NCBI GenBank assembly: GCA_050084515.1
Contig: CM114271.1
Coordinates: 43,586,001 to 43,650,000, forward strand
DNA: 64,000 nucleotides
Origin: Blasia pusilla
Lineage: Eukaryota
Direction: 5' to 3'
Below are positions 1 through 12,400 of the stretch, one piece after another. The first letter of the stretch is position 1; every line of letters starts with the position of its first letter. Both the position numbers and the translations under genes were made by a program. The notes under the pieces are model-generated. The model worked only from the letters and a program-made list of their open reading frames with translations. It had not been told where the DNA came from and did not search any database.

Positions 1-1634
1 TAAGCTACTTGAGGGTCACCAATCCTTGTGAGATCGTCGACATGAAGAAGATCCTCGGTAAGAGCCGTCGCCACAAAACTCGATACAAAGTCCTGGCTCC
101 CGAGTGGAACTCCCAAGACGGGAAGCCCTTCAGCAGATGTCAAAAAACCGTCGGGTAAATGAATATCCGTTGACAAGCCTAATGAAGAACAAGCCTTGCA
201 CTTTCCCACCTTCACCGCGAGGCCGACGTGTGCCAACTGTGCTGAAAAGTGCTGAAATGCAGGAACAACCAAGTCTCCAGAGCCGACAATGTGAGTATCA
301 TCTGCCAACAAAGGGAAAATGCAACTCGGGAAAGCCTCCACCATAGAAAGAACCGCTCGATAATGAGCCAAAGCAAACGCACCACCCAGGGGATCACCCT
401 GACGCGTCCCGGTAGCAGACTCCAAGACCGTGACCTCCTCCTCAAACCTACCATGGTGAAAATAGAGAGCCAAGGGGGCCCCATAAAGAGCATGCACGAA
501 GGGGATCATGCTCGTTATGGGACCCCCTGCATCTCTCAGCTCCGTGAAGATAGTTGCCCGAGACACTGAGTTAAAGGCGTTCTCCACATCAACTTGGAGA
601 ACCACCCACTCATGATGTATATCTAAACAAGCCCTCAAACCTAAGGCTACAGCCTCACAACCGGCTGGCATGGCCACTCCGAACTGGTGGAGACTCATAT
701 GTGACTGGAAAGCCTCACGAAACTGCAAAGCGATAGTGCGACTCACCAACCGCAAGAGCACCTCCCCTATGGCAATCGGACGGATCCCTCCATCCTCCTT
801 CGATAATGCCAAAAGTCGCCCCGCCCCCAATACCTGGGCTACTGTTGTTGGCACTCTCCCCTGAGCTAGGTGAGAGGCAACCTGAAGCAACTCGGAAAAG
901 CCGCTAGCAGAGTCCTCGGAGGGAAAGCAATCACGAAGGTGTTCGTACATCATACCGGACAACCCTCCAGCTGCTATCCTAGGGGAACGCCCGAGTACCC
1001 GTGCAAAGAGGGACGGGTTTAGGCATAAGGTCGTGTCAGGATGGAAGTCATGTACAAATGCTGGGATGTCAACCACTAGACGAGGGTGTAGCCTCCGGAG
1101 GGCGTCGATGGTAACAGTGGAAGGAGGAGCCATATCCATGGGGCGGAGCGCACGAGCCGCTCGCGAGTACTCCCCGACTCGCCCAAGTCTCCTACATCGT
1201 CGCAATCTGGCAGCTACAAGATCGTATGCTAGGAAAGCACGTGGAGTGCTACCTCTGGCATATGCCACAAACTCGCTCTGCAGAGACTCCCAATCACCTC
1301 CTCGGAAGCGCCGCAATCGGGCCACAACCTCTCTATGGCCAGCCTTTCCTCCTCGGGTATAGCGAAGACACCATCATGGAAGGAGAAGTAGTAGATACCA
1401 CGAGAGCTCATCCATAGGATCAAGTGCGATCCTAGATAAGGGAAGGATGAGAGATTGGCGAAGCTCATCCCGAATAGCATGGGGGATCCTATGAAACAAC
1501 CTCGGGCAGGGAAAACGGGTCTCAAAGAGACCTGTGATACAACCAAGGTAGGACCTCAACCACTCCCATGCCTCGGGAGGGGGCGATGATGCATGAAGCA
1601 CCGGTGAGCATCCATGATCGACTAGAGGAACCAC
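1..1634 (-). mobile_element. Non-LTR retrotransposon (CRE/R2-like, early-branching LINE) reverse transcriptase ORF, truncated by the window edge
   Basis: Manual minus-strand translation in one frame: LLLLP*WCLR..., LLALSKEDGGIRPIAIGEVLLRLVSR (~740-815), HQFGVAMPAGCE, VLQVDVENAFNSVSR, GTRQGDPLG (~385-410) and catalytic LADD (~297-308). An in-frame TGA at 1374-1376 is probably CGA>TGA. The RT part is absent from the ORF track, apparently because the frame runs off the edge. Confidence 0.88.
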
Positions 1635-1640
1635 CCATCC

Positions 1641-1678
1641 GATTTTATCAAAGTTAGGAAATAAACTTTGATAAAATC
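1641..1678. repeat. Perfect 15-bp inverted repeat (hairpin)
   Basis: gattttatcaaagtt (1641-1655), 8-nt loop, aactttgataaaatc (1664-1678). Confidence 0.9.
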
Positions 1679-2421
1679 ACTCATTCAGGAATTCGGAACC
1701 ATTTAGTTGTGAAATCAACAACATGAGTTGTCTTGGAAACATTCAAAGCATTACAACAAAACGAGACAACAAAGAGGACCCTAATACCTACATGAGAAAC
1801 CCTAAAACGACAAAATCTACAAAACAAAATAAAATGAAAAATACTTCACTAGAAGATTGACACAACGGATCAAAACGTAGAGGAAGTCGGTATCTCCGTT
1901 TTAATATAACACACGACCCCCCTCCATCCTCCATCCCACCATCAATCTCCTTCCCATCCCCGCCGCCATCCCGTGGAGCTCTGCCGCGCCCTCCCGTAGA
2001 GCTCCGCCGCCGCCGACCCTCTTCTATCCTCTCGTCCCGGCGGCGCCATTGCTCGCGCCCGTCCCCCTGGGACCTCGTCCCCCCTTTGCGGGCGGGAACG
2101 GAGACTCGGTTCCCTCCGTGATCGGGAACCGAGTTTCTTAGCAAACTGAACTGGAAAAAGCTTCTTTGATACACCGGGAGGGGATAAAACAATTGTGTAT
2201 CTATATTTTAATGGGCGATCTTACATGTGAATATAAAAAAATCGTGGGCTAAAAGAGCACCGTCTTTGAATTTTGTTCTTTGAATCCGATTAAATGGGTG
2301 GAAGAACTAATTTGAATGGAAGAGAAACCTGAGAAAGTAATGAGTAAACACTTGTGGAAGACGTGTGGTTAATTTAGGTGGAAAGGGAAAAAAATATTAT
2401 AAATATTGTTATTAATAAATA

Positions 2422-5400
2422 CTAGTAGACCGGTGTCGTGCGATGCACCGGGCTAGAGTTATGGAGAGAATGTGATATCTTTTGAATATAGAAAAAAAGT
2501 TATCATGTCAAAATTTCTTTATAAACTACATTAGGCGTGAATACATTTTTGGTTTTGAGAGAAGCATCACTTCCCAACAGTATTCTAATGGAAGACTTAG
2601 AACTCACTCTTGATAAGGCAACGTAGAGTTGTCCATGTGAAAAAACACCAGTCGGAAGATAGAGACTGACATTGTGCAGATTTTGGCCTTGGGATTTATT
2701 GATAGTCATAGCAAAAGCCGGCCGAACGGGGAATTGAAATCTTCGTAAATCAAATTGTAAAGCAGAGTCCGATGCAATTAAAGGGATACGTGGAAAAAAA
2801 ATTGATCCCCAATATTCTTCCCAATCATGATCTCAGCCTCAATAATTGTTCTAGAGAGACCACGAACAACCAATCGAGTTCCATTTTCTTGTCCCTTGAA
2901 ACCATTTATATTCCGCAGAAGCATGATGGGAGCACCAAGTTTCAAGATAAGACGATGTGGAGGGAGACCTGAAGGGAGACATGTATTCAAGAATTATGTA
3001 GAATAGACATGACTCATACCTTCATCAGGGATAGAGTCATGACTTAGAAATGTGCATTCCTAAAGCAAACATACATGTATGAATGTTAGTAAGTTAAAGA
3101 AGGAATTTGGAAGAAATATGAAATAATTGAATGAAAGAAAGAAAATGTAGTTTTGCTTAGATATTACCTCTCCATTGCATCGAGCCGTAACTTGACCATT
3201 AATGTCATCAACATGTATGTTTCGTGGAGTCAAAATAGTAGTATCCCTTAGGAAATCGATATCATGAAACCTTTGCGTGTCATTCCTATATATTGTGTTA
3301 ATTAGATCAAAAATATTGTGTGTATCACATACCATATCGCATGGTAGTTGAATGATATCTTCTCCTAAATGAGGATGATGTGGAACACGACCTTCTCCCA
3401 GTTTCAACAACCAATAAGCGAATGCAATTTGGTCCTGTTGCGTGGCAGCTTGGAGTAATTGCACTCTCATATTAGTTGTAAGTTTGAAGACTTTTACATG
3501 AGGCTATAAGTAGGATCTCTTTAGGGTTTCTTGAATAATTTGTGCTCCTTGACCACGACGAACAACAGGAAGAACTTGGAAAAAATCACCACCAAAAATG
3601 ATTAGTTTTCCTCCAAAAGGTATGAAACTCCCCCCATAGTATCTTGAAGAGTACAATTCACAGCCTCAAAAGTATGATGATGAGCCATAGGTGCCCCGTC
3701 CCAGATGATAAGCGATGCCTTTTGAATAAGACACGCCTCCTCACTATTGATGGTTATTCTACATGTGGAGGTCTCATCAAGATTTAGAGGAATCTTGAAG
3801 CGTGAGTGAGTTGTAAGGCCACCCTGCAATAATAAAGCCGCAATTCTAGACGATGCAACAGCCAAAGCTAAACCTCCCTTAGAAGGTACACTGGCAAGAA
3901 GAAGATTATACAAAAAGGTCTTTCCCGTTCCACCAGGGCCATCCAAAGAAGAATAACTTGGGAGTGGGTGAAGCACAATTTTCAATATTTAGGAGCTCTT
4001 GATGTACAATATCCCAAACAATCCGTTGGCCTTCATTTAATCCAGCCTATCCAAGAAGAACTTCGTGAAATAAATTTTCTTGGTCATACAAGCGCTCCTC
4101 TTCTTCAAATCGCGATGGCATAATTGGGTCACAATGGAATATGGATTGGGGCATGTCAGGAAATGTAGAAATGTGCTTTCCTTGATCTTGTAAGTGATAA
4201 TGCACTTCTAATAAGGCAATATTAATGACATTCGCATTCAATGGGAGATCAAGAATTCCTGTTTTCTGCAAAGAAATGAAGGAAACAAACGAGCCAATAC
4301 AAAGTAAAGAATACATACAAAGTAAAGAAAACCTTGAATAAAATTGAAATATTGTGTGAGTAACCTCACGTTGTTTCCATAAGATATCCTCAGTCAATGG
4401 AACCATGAATTGTTCCCATAGTGATGCCGGTCGAGTTGGAGTGTTATAGGCTAAAATGACACTGAATAGTTGACGAAGTGAGGAGCCGACACGGATCTCA
4501 GAAGCCTCTTGCAAGCAAGAGAAAACCTCCCTATTATCCTCTAGGAGCCCTAACTGAATTGCAGCCTCCTTAAAAGTTGGATATAACACTCCATCAATAG
4601 TTCTAACATCTTCATAGCAAGTTGAACCTCAAACATGATGTAAGAGAAATCGTAGCCAATGTCGTTCTCCTTCTCCTATACAAACATAGAATTTGAAATA
4701 TGAGGTTGAGTAGATGATTTTGGCTACATCAGGTAGAGGAGATAATGAAGCAAAAGGAAAAGATGATATTTACCCGGGTGAGTTAGATACAATCGCCTGA
4801 TAGGTTGGCCTCAACCGTTACGCGCACAAACTCGACGTTTCCATGTTTTATTCCTCCAAGAATAGAAAGAGGGAAATTGAAGATATAAGTATCCTTGAGC
4901 CAAAGGATCCAAATGATTTGTTGCAAACCATTGTGTAAGGGTGGGTCTCTATGTTTGTGGCAAGGACCTCTGCAGGGGCGTGATGCTCACAATAGTATAC
5001 CATTTGTGCATTAGGAAGGTGCACAACCATTCTCACAATACTTGGTATCTCCTTGTGCAAAGTAAATTTGAATAGTCTCCAACATGCTTCAAAAGAAGAT
5101 ATATATCTAAAATGACATTGCAAGAAAAAAATTAGCTTATGATGATACAGAGTACAAGACCAAAGTGTAGAAGAATTAGAAACACGATAAAGCATAGGTT
5201 ACCTTGCATCAAGGTATGTTATAGTCTCATCGATAAGCAATTCGTTTCCTTCCATATTTGTGTCCTTAGAAACCCCAAAGGAAACAACATCATATCCTTT
5301 GTAGACATATTTGTAGAAGTATTTGACAACGGAGACGGTATTGGTGATCTCCAAATTAATGTGGCAATCAAAGAGCGTACAGAGGAGAGGATTGTATGGC

Positions 5401-8400
5401 ACAACCCATCGATTATCCAGAACTTTATCTTGTATTATTATTTTGGCACCATTGTCCAACCTAATACACAATCCCAAGCAAAAATGTATTAGCACAACAT
5501 ATTACTTGGAAGTAATGTAAAAGTATGCATGAAAATCAAAATATAGTCGTTGTAAATACCTTCAGTACATCGGATATCCATCTTCAATCTCTGTAGTCAT
5601 GCTTGCCAAAGGCTTTGGATATTCTTTAGTGCATTTCTTCGTCACTTTATCTATGCATGGCGCATGTGGATTTATATGCCCACGTGTGCCATGCAACATA
5701 CAATTAGACACATTAGAATAGAGCCTTGGATGAATGACCGGATTCGGGATTCCTGCTGATATGAGTGCATCAAAATCAGCTATTATACGTGGTTTGTCTT
5801 CCGCAGCAACAATAACCAAAACATGCACATATGGCAATCCCCTCTTTTGGAACTCCACCACATGAATGCATCCAACTACTTTGCCCAAAATATGCTTCTT
5901 CAAGATAAGATTCAATAATTCCTCTTTTTTTTTTTTTTTTCAAAGACTCGGGCGTCCAAATCAGGTCGATCACCACCACTCTGACCAAGAAATAGAGTTG
6001 ATGTTATTTCCTCCCATTTCACACTACAGGTCATGGTCAAGAAGTAGTCAAGCTCCAAAGTGTCGAACAATTGCCATAGCATCTTGATACAATCGTTGCA
6101 TATGACTTGGACCTCTGCTGAATGAAGATGGCAATATTACTCGCCGACCAAATGTCCTTCCATCACCATCATTCCTAAACATAGCATCCTTCATGCCTTG
6201 ATATAGCTCGGCACACAACTCCTTTTGATTTAAACGTTGCATCTCCACAATAACCGTTGCATCTCAACAGTTGCATGTACATCCATCATGTACTCTTGGG
6301 ACAATCGACCAAAGCGTAGTAATCAATTTCCATCTTCAGCAGGATATCTGGTTTGAAGGCGAAATGATACAAATTACAATGCAGTCACAATCTTCCCAAT
6401 GCGGCCTCCAACCTCCTCATTACAATCTAAAGAATTTTGATCTTCTTGTAGTAGTTCATTATTGGTGTGATTATCCGATTAGGGGTAATCTCGAGTAGAG
6501 TTGGAAACACTCTTGCAAGGACTCCTAAGATGCCAACTAGCCTCCCCAAAGGGAAATAAGAGGACAAAATGAAGAGGGATGTAAGCTTCATTCAAATCAG
6601 ATATACGCCGTACTTCTCCTCCATGTAATTGTATAAGAATATCACGCTTCTCTATTCCTTGTGTCTCATCACCACGAAGTATTGTAGCAACCTCAGAAGC
6701 AAGAGGCAAAGTGTACCTTTTTGCTTGGAGACTCGCTTTCTTGCCTTCATCAATATAGTCAAATTTGGACATGTCGCATCATGCGAGATTCGTCGGAATC
6801 TTTGAACATATGAATTGTGGTCATGTAACATTTTTTGTAGACCTCTAAGGATCTCTGGACGTAGTTCATCATCCATTACCCTACTCCGATATTGGAGCTC
6901 ATACTTAGTATCATGAATATAAATTTGCATAAATTGAGGGCACTAACTATGTTCAGGATGAAGAGAGCCAATTGAATGGTAAATGCCACCTTGAATTCTG
7001 AAATATCCAATCCCCCCAAATTTTTGGGCAACATGCACTCCAGTTGATGCCAATTGAAAAGTTGAATTATATGGTTGAGTATGACGCTGAAAGTGCATAC
7101 TTTCAAGCCAAACTTCAGAGATCAATGATTGCAAGAAAGGAGGACATGGCTTAAGGAAGGGTGGTTGAATTTGCCCATGCTCACAACATGTGCGGAAAGG
7201 AGAGTTTTTGAACCGTGTGTTCTTGACCCTTTCACATTTCCAATGCATAGCGTTGCAAGACGAACATACATCTGCCATAAACCCAAATGTATAACAAGCG
7301 TTGATGGAATGCACCTTCTCTCCAAGACCAAGATTGTAGATTTCCTTTTCTTGGAAGTTCCGGTTTCTTGCAATATTCCTAGATGTAGTCTGCTTTGGCA
7401 TTCTTGAAGTGTAGGTTGTAGTGGTAGGTGGCACCACTTCTTTGACTGTAGCGGTAGGAAACGATGTAGTAGGAGTATGAGGCATAGTAACATCATTGCA
7501 TACTTCAACATGCATTGGAGAAGGCAAAGGAGTTCCTAATGGAACAATGCCAATAGAATAAGCCATAGAATAAGATATATCCTGTGCAATTTCAACCCTA
7601 AAGAAAAAGACATAGATCGAGTTAGGACAATGATTAGAAAGAATGGGAAAAAAGAGGAAGATAGTAATGGTTAATGGAGAAATGAGCATACCTGAGTTCT
7701 TGTGGAATTGGATTAATAGATGTTGCAATATTCGTACTTGTGAGAGAAGGAACAATAGGATCATGAAGGTTTTGTAAAGCACGTCGCTTTCTTTTATAAT
7801 TTCGTTGGTAATCTTTTTCCTTTTGTTTTTTCATGGCTAAATTTGCAACACGTAGAGAACGTTTCCATTGTTATGCAACACCAAAAGGAGCCTTACAAAC
7901 ATCACGTATATCAATAGGGTTTGAAGGAATTGGAAGTCTGCAAGAATATACATAAATAAAAGAAAAAAAAAACACAAATTCTAACTAATAAATAAATAAT
8001 TCTGAATAAATAAATTAATAAGTAAAAGGAAGAAACGAATGGGAAGAAGCATATGTGAGAGATGGAATAATTGGTGAGACATATTGCAATCTAAGTGCAC
8101 GCCTTCTTCTTTGCGCCTTGCCTCGAAGAACCTTTCGAATATCTCGTATGTCTTCAGGGTGTGAAGGAATTGGTAGTCTAAAAAGAAAAACATGTAAAAA
8201 GGACGCATAACAAAGGTAGATAATCAAAGCCTTCCAAAGAAAGCAAGTAGAAAAGCATATATTTTTAGCCAAAGTAGAACATACGTGAGAGAGGGAACAA
8301 TTGGTGCACTTGGTTGTAATTAAAATGCATACCATCTTCTTTGAGCAATAGCACGTTTCTCCTTCCTTGAAAGAGTTATAATCGTTGCATTCGATACTAT

Positions 8401-8450
8401 ATTCGTAATGTCGCGTAATGGTTGTCGTGTTGCATCCTCCATAATGCGCT
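2422..8450 (-). mobile_element. Helitron 1: decayed autonomous-type element with a multi-exon Rep/PIF1-helicase (RepHel) gene; 5' terminus not located
   Basis: Zn-finger-like CSSCNAMHWKCE...CCEHG; VILPSSFSRGPSHM; Rep HUH-like VEFQKRGLPYVHVL; Y2 KYFYKYVYKG; helicase motifs DGPGGTGKT, IIWDGAPM, GLPPHRLILKLGAPIMLLRN, MTINKSQGQ, VFSHGQLYVALSRV. GT-AG introns, many stops and frameshifts. 3' end on the minus strand: ccggtgcatcgcacgacaccgg hairpin, then CTAG|T at 2425-2422. Confidence 0.93.
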
Positions 8451-8903
8451 TAAATGGTTGAACAATCCTGCATAATGTACAATGTCAATTTACTTTGAAG
8501 AATTAAATAAATGGACGGTTTGTAATTGAAATGAAATTTTTTTGTGCAAATTATTTGTATGAAAAAATTAAAATAAACCCATGGACGGAGAATATAAATC
8601 GTATGGAGCTCCATAGCCCATGAACGGAGCATGTGAATTGGATGGAGGGTCCTAGGTAGGTTGGAGTGAGGGAGGCGATGGACGAAAGCCATAGAGGAGC
8701 GGCTAGGATAATAGAGGCGCTAAAGCCGAAACCTAGGGAGCGGCTAGACAAAGGAGGCGTGATGTAGTGCAATGGCTATGGCAGAGAGGCGGAAGGAACC
8801 CTAAGTTTGACGCGACCTAAGAAGGCCGAATGAGGAGAGAAAGGTTGGGTGGCGGCTCTACAGGTTGCAGCAAGGAGCTCGATAGGTAGTGAGAGCCCAT
8901 GAT

Positions 8904-9033
<130 letters not shown>

Positions 9034-9395
9034 TAGAGTAGAGTAGATTTTTAGTCCCATGATTTCTTCCACATATGTGAAATTGACATCGCATCCGACA
9101 TGGCACCTTCACATCTAGATTTGGGGTTCTCACTCATGAGATTTGGTTTTTGTTTTTTTTTTTTTTTTTTGTGAAGGCCTGGAATTTTATCCAGATTTTT
9201 AACCTGGGAGCATAGTCAAGGCACACGAAAGGCACACAAAGCGTTCTCTCTCTCGAACATGGACCATCCATGCCCTAGGTAGGGGACGCCACGCTACAGG
9301 GTTGAGACGACCCCAGCCCAAGGGGAGAGTTGAACCCAAGACCTCTTCAAGAGGACCTTATGTTTGTTCGGCTAACCTCTTGGTCATCTCTACCG

Positions 9396-9398
<3 letters not shown>

Positions 9399-9473
<75 letters not shown>
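9399..9473. repeat. (GA)n microsatellite
   Basis: About 75 bp of GA dinucleotide repeat. Confidence 0.98.
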
Positions 9474-9474
<1 letters not shown>

Positions 9475-12400
9475 CAAGTCCGAGTGGGGGAAGTGCTCCA
9501 TGATTTCTTCTAGAGAGAGAAGTGTGGGTGGGGGAAGAACTGATTCATGTTGTAGCCACGCAACCTGCTTCAAGATTTAGAGTGAGAGAAGTGCGGGTGG
9601 GGAAGAGAAAATTCACGCCGTAGTAGCCGTGCAACCTGCTTACCGATTTTCAGTGAGAGAAGTGCGGGTGGGTTGGAGCAGCTAGACGTGTAGACAGTCG
9701 TCTTGCTTGAAGGATTCGTAGAGAGAGGAGTGCAGATTCATATTGATGATGAGCTCAATGTTGTAGCCACACTTCAAGGATTCGGAGCCCCACTTCAGGG
9801 ATTCGGAGAGAGGGCCGTGTGGATGGGAGGAAGATCCTTCCCTGACTTTGCTAACATTGTGTGAGGCCAATAGCCGCATTGAGATAGGTAGAGAGAAGAG
9901 ATTGTGAGAGATAGATTGAGGCTGGAAAAATCCGGGATGACTTATTTATGGCAAGGCATGCCATTGTGGATGGTAATTTTCATGGGTCTGGTTTGATTTG
10001 GATTGAAGATTGATGGATTGAAATCATGTTCAGAGAGAGAGAGAGAGAGAGAACTTCAGAGGGCGGAACTCTTGAAGTGCAGCAGATTTTGAAAGCCTAC
10101 TTGAGGATTCGACAGGGCTTGTCCCGCATACTTCTTCCTGCTTCCACCAAGTCTGGTCCTTCATTTTCTGATTATTCTGAACAGAAATAGAAAGATTCGA
10201 GCTCCGAATTTGTTCTAGATTTTGTTAGTAACAGGGTATGCAGTAAACCGTCTCATGGGGAGCATGTTATACACACACTGAATTCAATGTGTGTATAAGC
10301 ACAGTTCTGTGTATACCCAAAAGAATGTGTGCACATGGAAGTGAAATCCTCAAGTAGAATGTGTCATACAATATTTACCCCATAGTAGAGAATCATAATT
10401 TTTGGACTACACAACCGAGAGTATTTTTAATGCAGATGAAAAATTATAGCAAGTAAGACTCCTTATATATTTGAAGCTAGAATAGAACAACTGGTTCACT
10501 CCAATGTATTGTACATTAGAGTAGATATCTATGCTGGTAGAACTCTTCACGCAAGAGTACAAGTTGATGAGCATTCATCAACTTCAGTGTTGTTCTAATC
10601 GACCAAGAAGTCAATTTGAGCAAGAATCATCTAAACTCGCAGAGGAGCTCATGTGGAAAGGATCAATCTTACAAATATCCGGCCCAAAAGTGTCTATATT
10701 TGGATGTGGGGACAAGTGAGTGAAAGTGGTCTTTGTAGATCTCTCAGAGGGCTCTTGTTTTATTGGGTAGAATTTCATTCCCTTGTTATAATGTCTGTAC
10801 TCGATGGAACCTCCGTGCAGCAATTCCAAGTCTTTTGCATTGAGAAGCACAGGAGTTGGATAGTATTCATCGTCATCTTCAAAGAACGATGTTGCATTGG
10901 CTAGATTGGAGACGAGATTCGTTGAGTAAGCACACTCTCCATCACTAGTACAACTAAAGTGATGAATCTCCTTCATAGGTGATCTCCGTGGAACTAGAGC
11001 GATTTCAAGTATTGGAGAGTGATGATTTGCACATGAAGAGTCCTTCAGTAGGTTGATGAGTTGTTCTTGGCCAATCCGCCAAGAGGGTCATTCTATACCC
11101 CTCTCCTAGGTCTGCTTGAACATTGGTGATGCTTGCACCTTGGAGATGCTCTTTCCTTTGGTAACAACAGATTTTCAAGGAATGAAGCGGGTAGTCATGA
11201 TTTGGAATAAGTGCACTTACAGGAAGTAGATTGCAGATGATAGTCGTCCTGCATTTTATTACAGTTTGAGGTAAGAAAAAACTGAAAAGAAATAAAGTTT
11301 GTAAATTGAAGGTGGATGTAAAAGATTGGAAACTTACTTGTGGATCCTTGTCTTTGGTAGAATGTTGGTATTGGAAGCAATTGAACTGTTGTATGGTCTT
11401 ACATATAAATGTAATTGTAGCTTGTCCACTGTTAGGATAGACGTTCTCTCCCAATACCAAAATCTGGGAACCCTATAGACTCTGGATATTTAACCGATAG
11501 AATATAAAGTGAAGCTTGAAAGAATGTGTGGCCTTTTATAGTAGAAATTAGAGAGGGGACCAATATGTTTGAATAAAACCTGAAAAAACTCATGAATTGT
11601 TTTGAAGAGTGGATTCTTATTACTCTTCTAAGATTTAAGAAAGTAGAAATTAGATTTAAAATTTGAAATTAAAATAGGATTATTTTTTAAAATAATCATT
11701 TTAGTTCAGATGCGATATTTTGGGAAAATAAAATGAATTTGAATGGAAAAGGGAAATGATTGCATTAATTAAAATTATCTAAAAATTTAGTTAGTGAATG
11801 TTATTTTGGTGGGAAGAGTAGAAGGGGATAATTATGTATTGTTAAAACTTTTATGAGGAGTAAATTTACTTAGGGGAGTTGGGTATTATTTAAAAGTGAA
11901 ATTTCTTATTCTTTTAAGATTTAAAATTTTTGAAATGAAACATATTTGTCAAAAATCAGTTTTTTGGGCAGGTACATGCATGCTAACTAGTGTGTGAAAG
12001 ATATAGACTGGATGGGAAAAAAAAAAAAAGAACAAGAAAAAACTAATGAAGAGCTTGGGATTTCTAGGGTTGTTGATGTGTGTGGAACATGGGGACATGA
12101 AGGAAAAAGTTTTTTCACAAAATAATTAATTTGTCCCCCTCTTCATTTAGGGTGAGGTAGCATAGTAGCACATGACTTGTGACACAAATTTTGAAAAGAA
12201 ATTAATTGGGGAATGGGATTGTTGATAAACTTCAGTTTTCATTCATCGTATAACATATATTTTGCACCATGTAAGGGGATGCTAAATGAGGGGAGGGTCA
12301 TTGATCATGGGCTTATCAGGAAATAAGATTAGTAAAAGATTTCACAACACTAGTGCAAACTCAATTTCATGTAATATAGTTATACTTCCAAAATCAGTCT

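Noticed and set aside
10560-11545. Possible small gene on the minus strand (TATA-like ctataaaag near 11540, GT-AG intron near 11250-11337)
   Set aside because: No continuous frame and no recognisable protein family; cannot support a call
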